Assembly (NCBI GenBank): GCA_964649675.1
Contig: CAZYPX010000002.1
Location: forward strand, 1 to 47,133
Length of the DNA: 47,133 nucleotides
Reading direction: 5' to 3'
Source: an uncultured Rhodospirillaceae bacterium
Lineage (GTDB): Bacteria; Pseudomonadota; Alphaproteobacteria; UBA9219
Below are positions 45,401-47,133 of the stretch, in pieces. A program made the translations under genes and the position numbers. Under the pieces are notes generated by a model, which was given only the letters and a program-made list of their open reading frames with translations, was not told the DNA's origin and did not search any database. Position 1 is the stretch's first letter. Every line of letters begins with the position of its first letter.

Positions 45401-46704
45401 TGAACGATCTACCTCATATTGCCGCGCGTGTGATCGGCGCACCGTTGATGCTGGCGCGCCCCAAGCTCGACGTGTTGCTCTCGGTTTTAGGGCCGCGCCT
45501 TACAGGCGCAGCAACCGAACCACTGGCTTTTGCCGGAGATGCCACGGAAGATAAGGAAGAAATCCAAATTACACCCGAAGGCATCGCCGTTGTGCCCGTG
45601 TTTGGCACGCTTGTGACGCGATCCAGCTATTTGACGAGTGTCAGCGGCCTAACGAGTTATGCGGAAATGGAACAAGACATTGAAACAGCGTTCGCTGATC
45701 CTGCCGTTCGCGCCGTCTTGCTTGAGGTCGACTCTCCCGGCGGCGAGGTCGGCGGGCTGTTCGACCTGTGCGACAAGATCACGGCGCTCAAGGCGCAATA
45801 CGGCAAACCGCTCTGGGCCTTGGCGCATGAAAGTGCGCTATCCGCTGCCTACGCCATCGCATCCTGCGCGGATAAAATTGTCCTGACCCAAACAGCGGAA
45901 GTTGGCTCCATCGGTGTCGTCGCCGTCCACGTCGACGAAAGCGGCGCAGATGAACAAGCCGGACTTGCCTGGAACTTCATCTACGCAGGTGATCGCAAGG
46001 TGGACGGCAATCCGCATGAACCGTTATCGGATCGCGTGCGCGAAGAAATCCAGTCAGATGTCGATGGCCTCTATACCGCCTTCGTCGCGCTCGTCGCCAG
46101 AAATCGCGGCATTAACGCCGAAGCTGTTCGCGGCACTCAAGCGGGCGTTTATCGCGGCGCATCCGCGCTCGATGTTCGTTTGGCCGATGCCGTGATGAGC
46201 CGCGAGACGGCGCTCGCCGCCTTAGGCTCTTCCGTCAGTTCACGGTCATTCTCTCTCAACACCAACCGAAAGGACAAGCTTATGAATACCGATGCACCGA
46301 AGATCGAAGCGCAAACGCAGGTTGAAACGCCGCAAGTTGAACAATCAGCGGCCAATCCGGCGGCGGATCCCGCGCCAACTGCTACGCAACCAGCGGCAAA
46401 CCCCGCGCCTGAAATACCCGATAAAGCGGCAATTGAAGCGCAAGTGACGCAGAAACTGCGCGAAAACTACGCTGAAATGGCACAAATCGCTGCGCAGGCC
46501 GCAAGGCTGGGCGTAACGCTCGATGTGGCCGAGGCAATGGCCAAGGGTTTGAAACCCGACGCCATGCGCCGCGCTGTGCTCGATGAACTAGCCGCACGTT
46601 CGAACGCGACGGGGATTGTCGCGGCAACAGCACCCACAAACGCATCTGTCGACAGTCCCATCATTCGTCGCGCCCGTGCGGCGGCTGACAAGGCCAAGGC
46701 GTAA
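45397..46704 (+). CDS. S49-family (ClpP-fold) head maturation protease with a C-terminal scaffold-like region
   Basis: 435 aa. LLEVDSPGGEVGG and ESALSAAYAIAS (Ser nucleophile context). The C-terminal third is Ala/Pro/Gln-rich and helical. Confidence 0.85.
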   Translation: MMNDLPHIAARVIGAPLMLARPKLDVLLSVLGPRLTGAATEPLAFAGDATEDKEEIQITPEGIAVVPVFGTLVTRSSYLTSVSGLTSYAEMEQDIETAFADPAVRAVLLEVDSPGGEVGGLFDLCDKITALKAQYGKPLWALAHESALSAAYAIASCADKIVLTQTAEVGSIGVVAVHVDESGADEQAGLAWNFIYAGDRKVDGNPHEPLSDRVREEIQSDVDGLYTAFVALVARNRGINAEAVRGTQAGVYRGASALDVRLADAVMSRETALAALGSSVSSRSFSLNTNRKDKLMNTDAPKIEAQTQVETPQVEQSAANPAADPAPTATQPAANPAPEIPDKAAIEAQVTQKLRENYAEMAQIAAQAARLGVTLDVAEAMAKGLKPDAMRRAVLDELAARSNATGIVAATAPTNASVDSPIIRRARAAADKAKA

Positions 46705-46737
46705 TTCCAACACTCAAACCCGAAGGAGACTTAATCC

Positions 46738-47127
46738 ATGACTGCCCTCACTCAAAATCCCACGCTCGGCGATCTCGTGAAGTACGAGCTTGAGCCGCGC
46801 TACAATCGCGAGATTGTCACGCTGAAGTCCGGTGCATCGTATGCCATCGGCACGGTGCTCGGCAAAATCACGGCAACCGGCAAATACCGTGCATCCCCCG
46901 TTGCCGAAGTCGTCGGCGACGAAGGTGCGGAAAACGCCTGCGCCGTATTACTGGAAATCGCAGACGCAACAACCGCAGATGTGGTTGCCATCGTTGCCGC
47001 ACGCGGCCCCATTCTCTTCTCAAAAGATCGGCTTGCTTATGACAGCAGCGTCGATCTCGTGGCAGAGAAAGCGGCCAAGATCGCCCAGCTTGCCGCTATT
47101 GGTCTTGTCGTTCGCGATACAGCCTAA
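46738..47127 (+). CDS. Head decoration protein (gpD-like)
   Basis: 129 aa, directly after the protease/scaffold gene. Pattern LGDLVKYE...REIVTLKSGASYAIGTVLGKITATGKY. Confidence 0.6.
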   Translation: MTALTQNPTLGDLVKYELEPRYNREIVTLKSGASYAIGTVLGKITATGKYRASPVAEVVGDEGAENACAVLLEIADATTADVVAIVAARGPILFSKDRLAYDSSVDLVAEKAAKIAQLAAIGLVVRDTA

Positions 47128-47133
47128 AGCATC

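Larger units (their letters stand above)
21287..47133. mobile_element. Integrated temperate phage (lambda-like head module), truncated by the window edge
   Basis: tRNA-adjacent tyrosine integrase and excisionase, CI/Cro-type switch, replication module, terminase, portal, protease and decoration genes. The right att site is not in the window. Confidence 0.85.

Overview
No searches were run. All family calls come from motifs read in the supplied translations and DNA. The window has two parts. (1) Positions 1-20.3 kb are a chromosomal Wzx/Wzy-type exopolysaccharide or capsule locus. It holds an AsnB-like amidotransferase, three GT4 glycosyltransferases, a PAP2 phosphatase, a secreted GH-A-type hydrolase, a PIG-L deacetylase, a flippase-like and a polymerase-like membrane protein, an outer-membrane beta-barrel, a Wza/GumB-type exporter and a Wzc-type tyrosine autokinase. 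An NADH-oxidase-family flavoprotein lies at the left edge. (2) A tRNA-Val(GAC) at 20832-20906 is an integration hotspot. It is followed by a ~380-bp decayed islet (HigB/RelE-like pseudogene) closed by a degenerate copy of the tRNA 3' end. After that comes a temperate phage that runs past the right edge. In order, the phage carries: AT-rich cargo (ImmA/IrrE + XRE + small Cys/His HNH-like protein), integrase and excisionase, a multi-repressor immunity region, and a replication/recombination module (RuvC-like, Sak4-like ATPase, SF2 helicase, C5-MTase, Cas4-like nuclease, Toprim primase-helicase, iteron array). Next are a 96-bp tandem repeat array, two ParB-domain DNA methyltransferases, a leftward five-gene accessory block, and a lambda-like packaging and head module (small and large terminase, gpW, portal, S49 protease/scaffold, decoration protein). 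Gene content (DUF3489-like protein, beta-class ParB-MTases) suggests an alphaproteobacterial host, which is inference only. The observations most worth follow-up are: a C5-methyltransferase locus where two +1-offset frames are both open for ~1 kb and both carry recognisable conserved motifs; the strictly periodic 96-bp repeat array; the att-proximal XRE/ImmA/HNH-like cargo; and the co-regulated leftward block.
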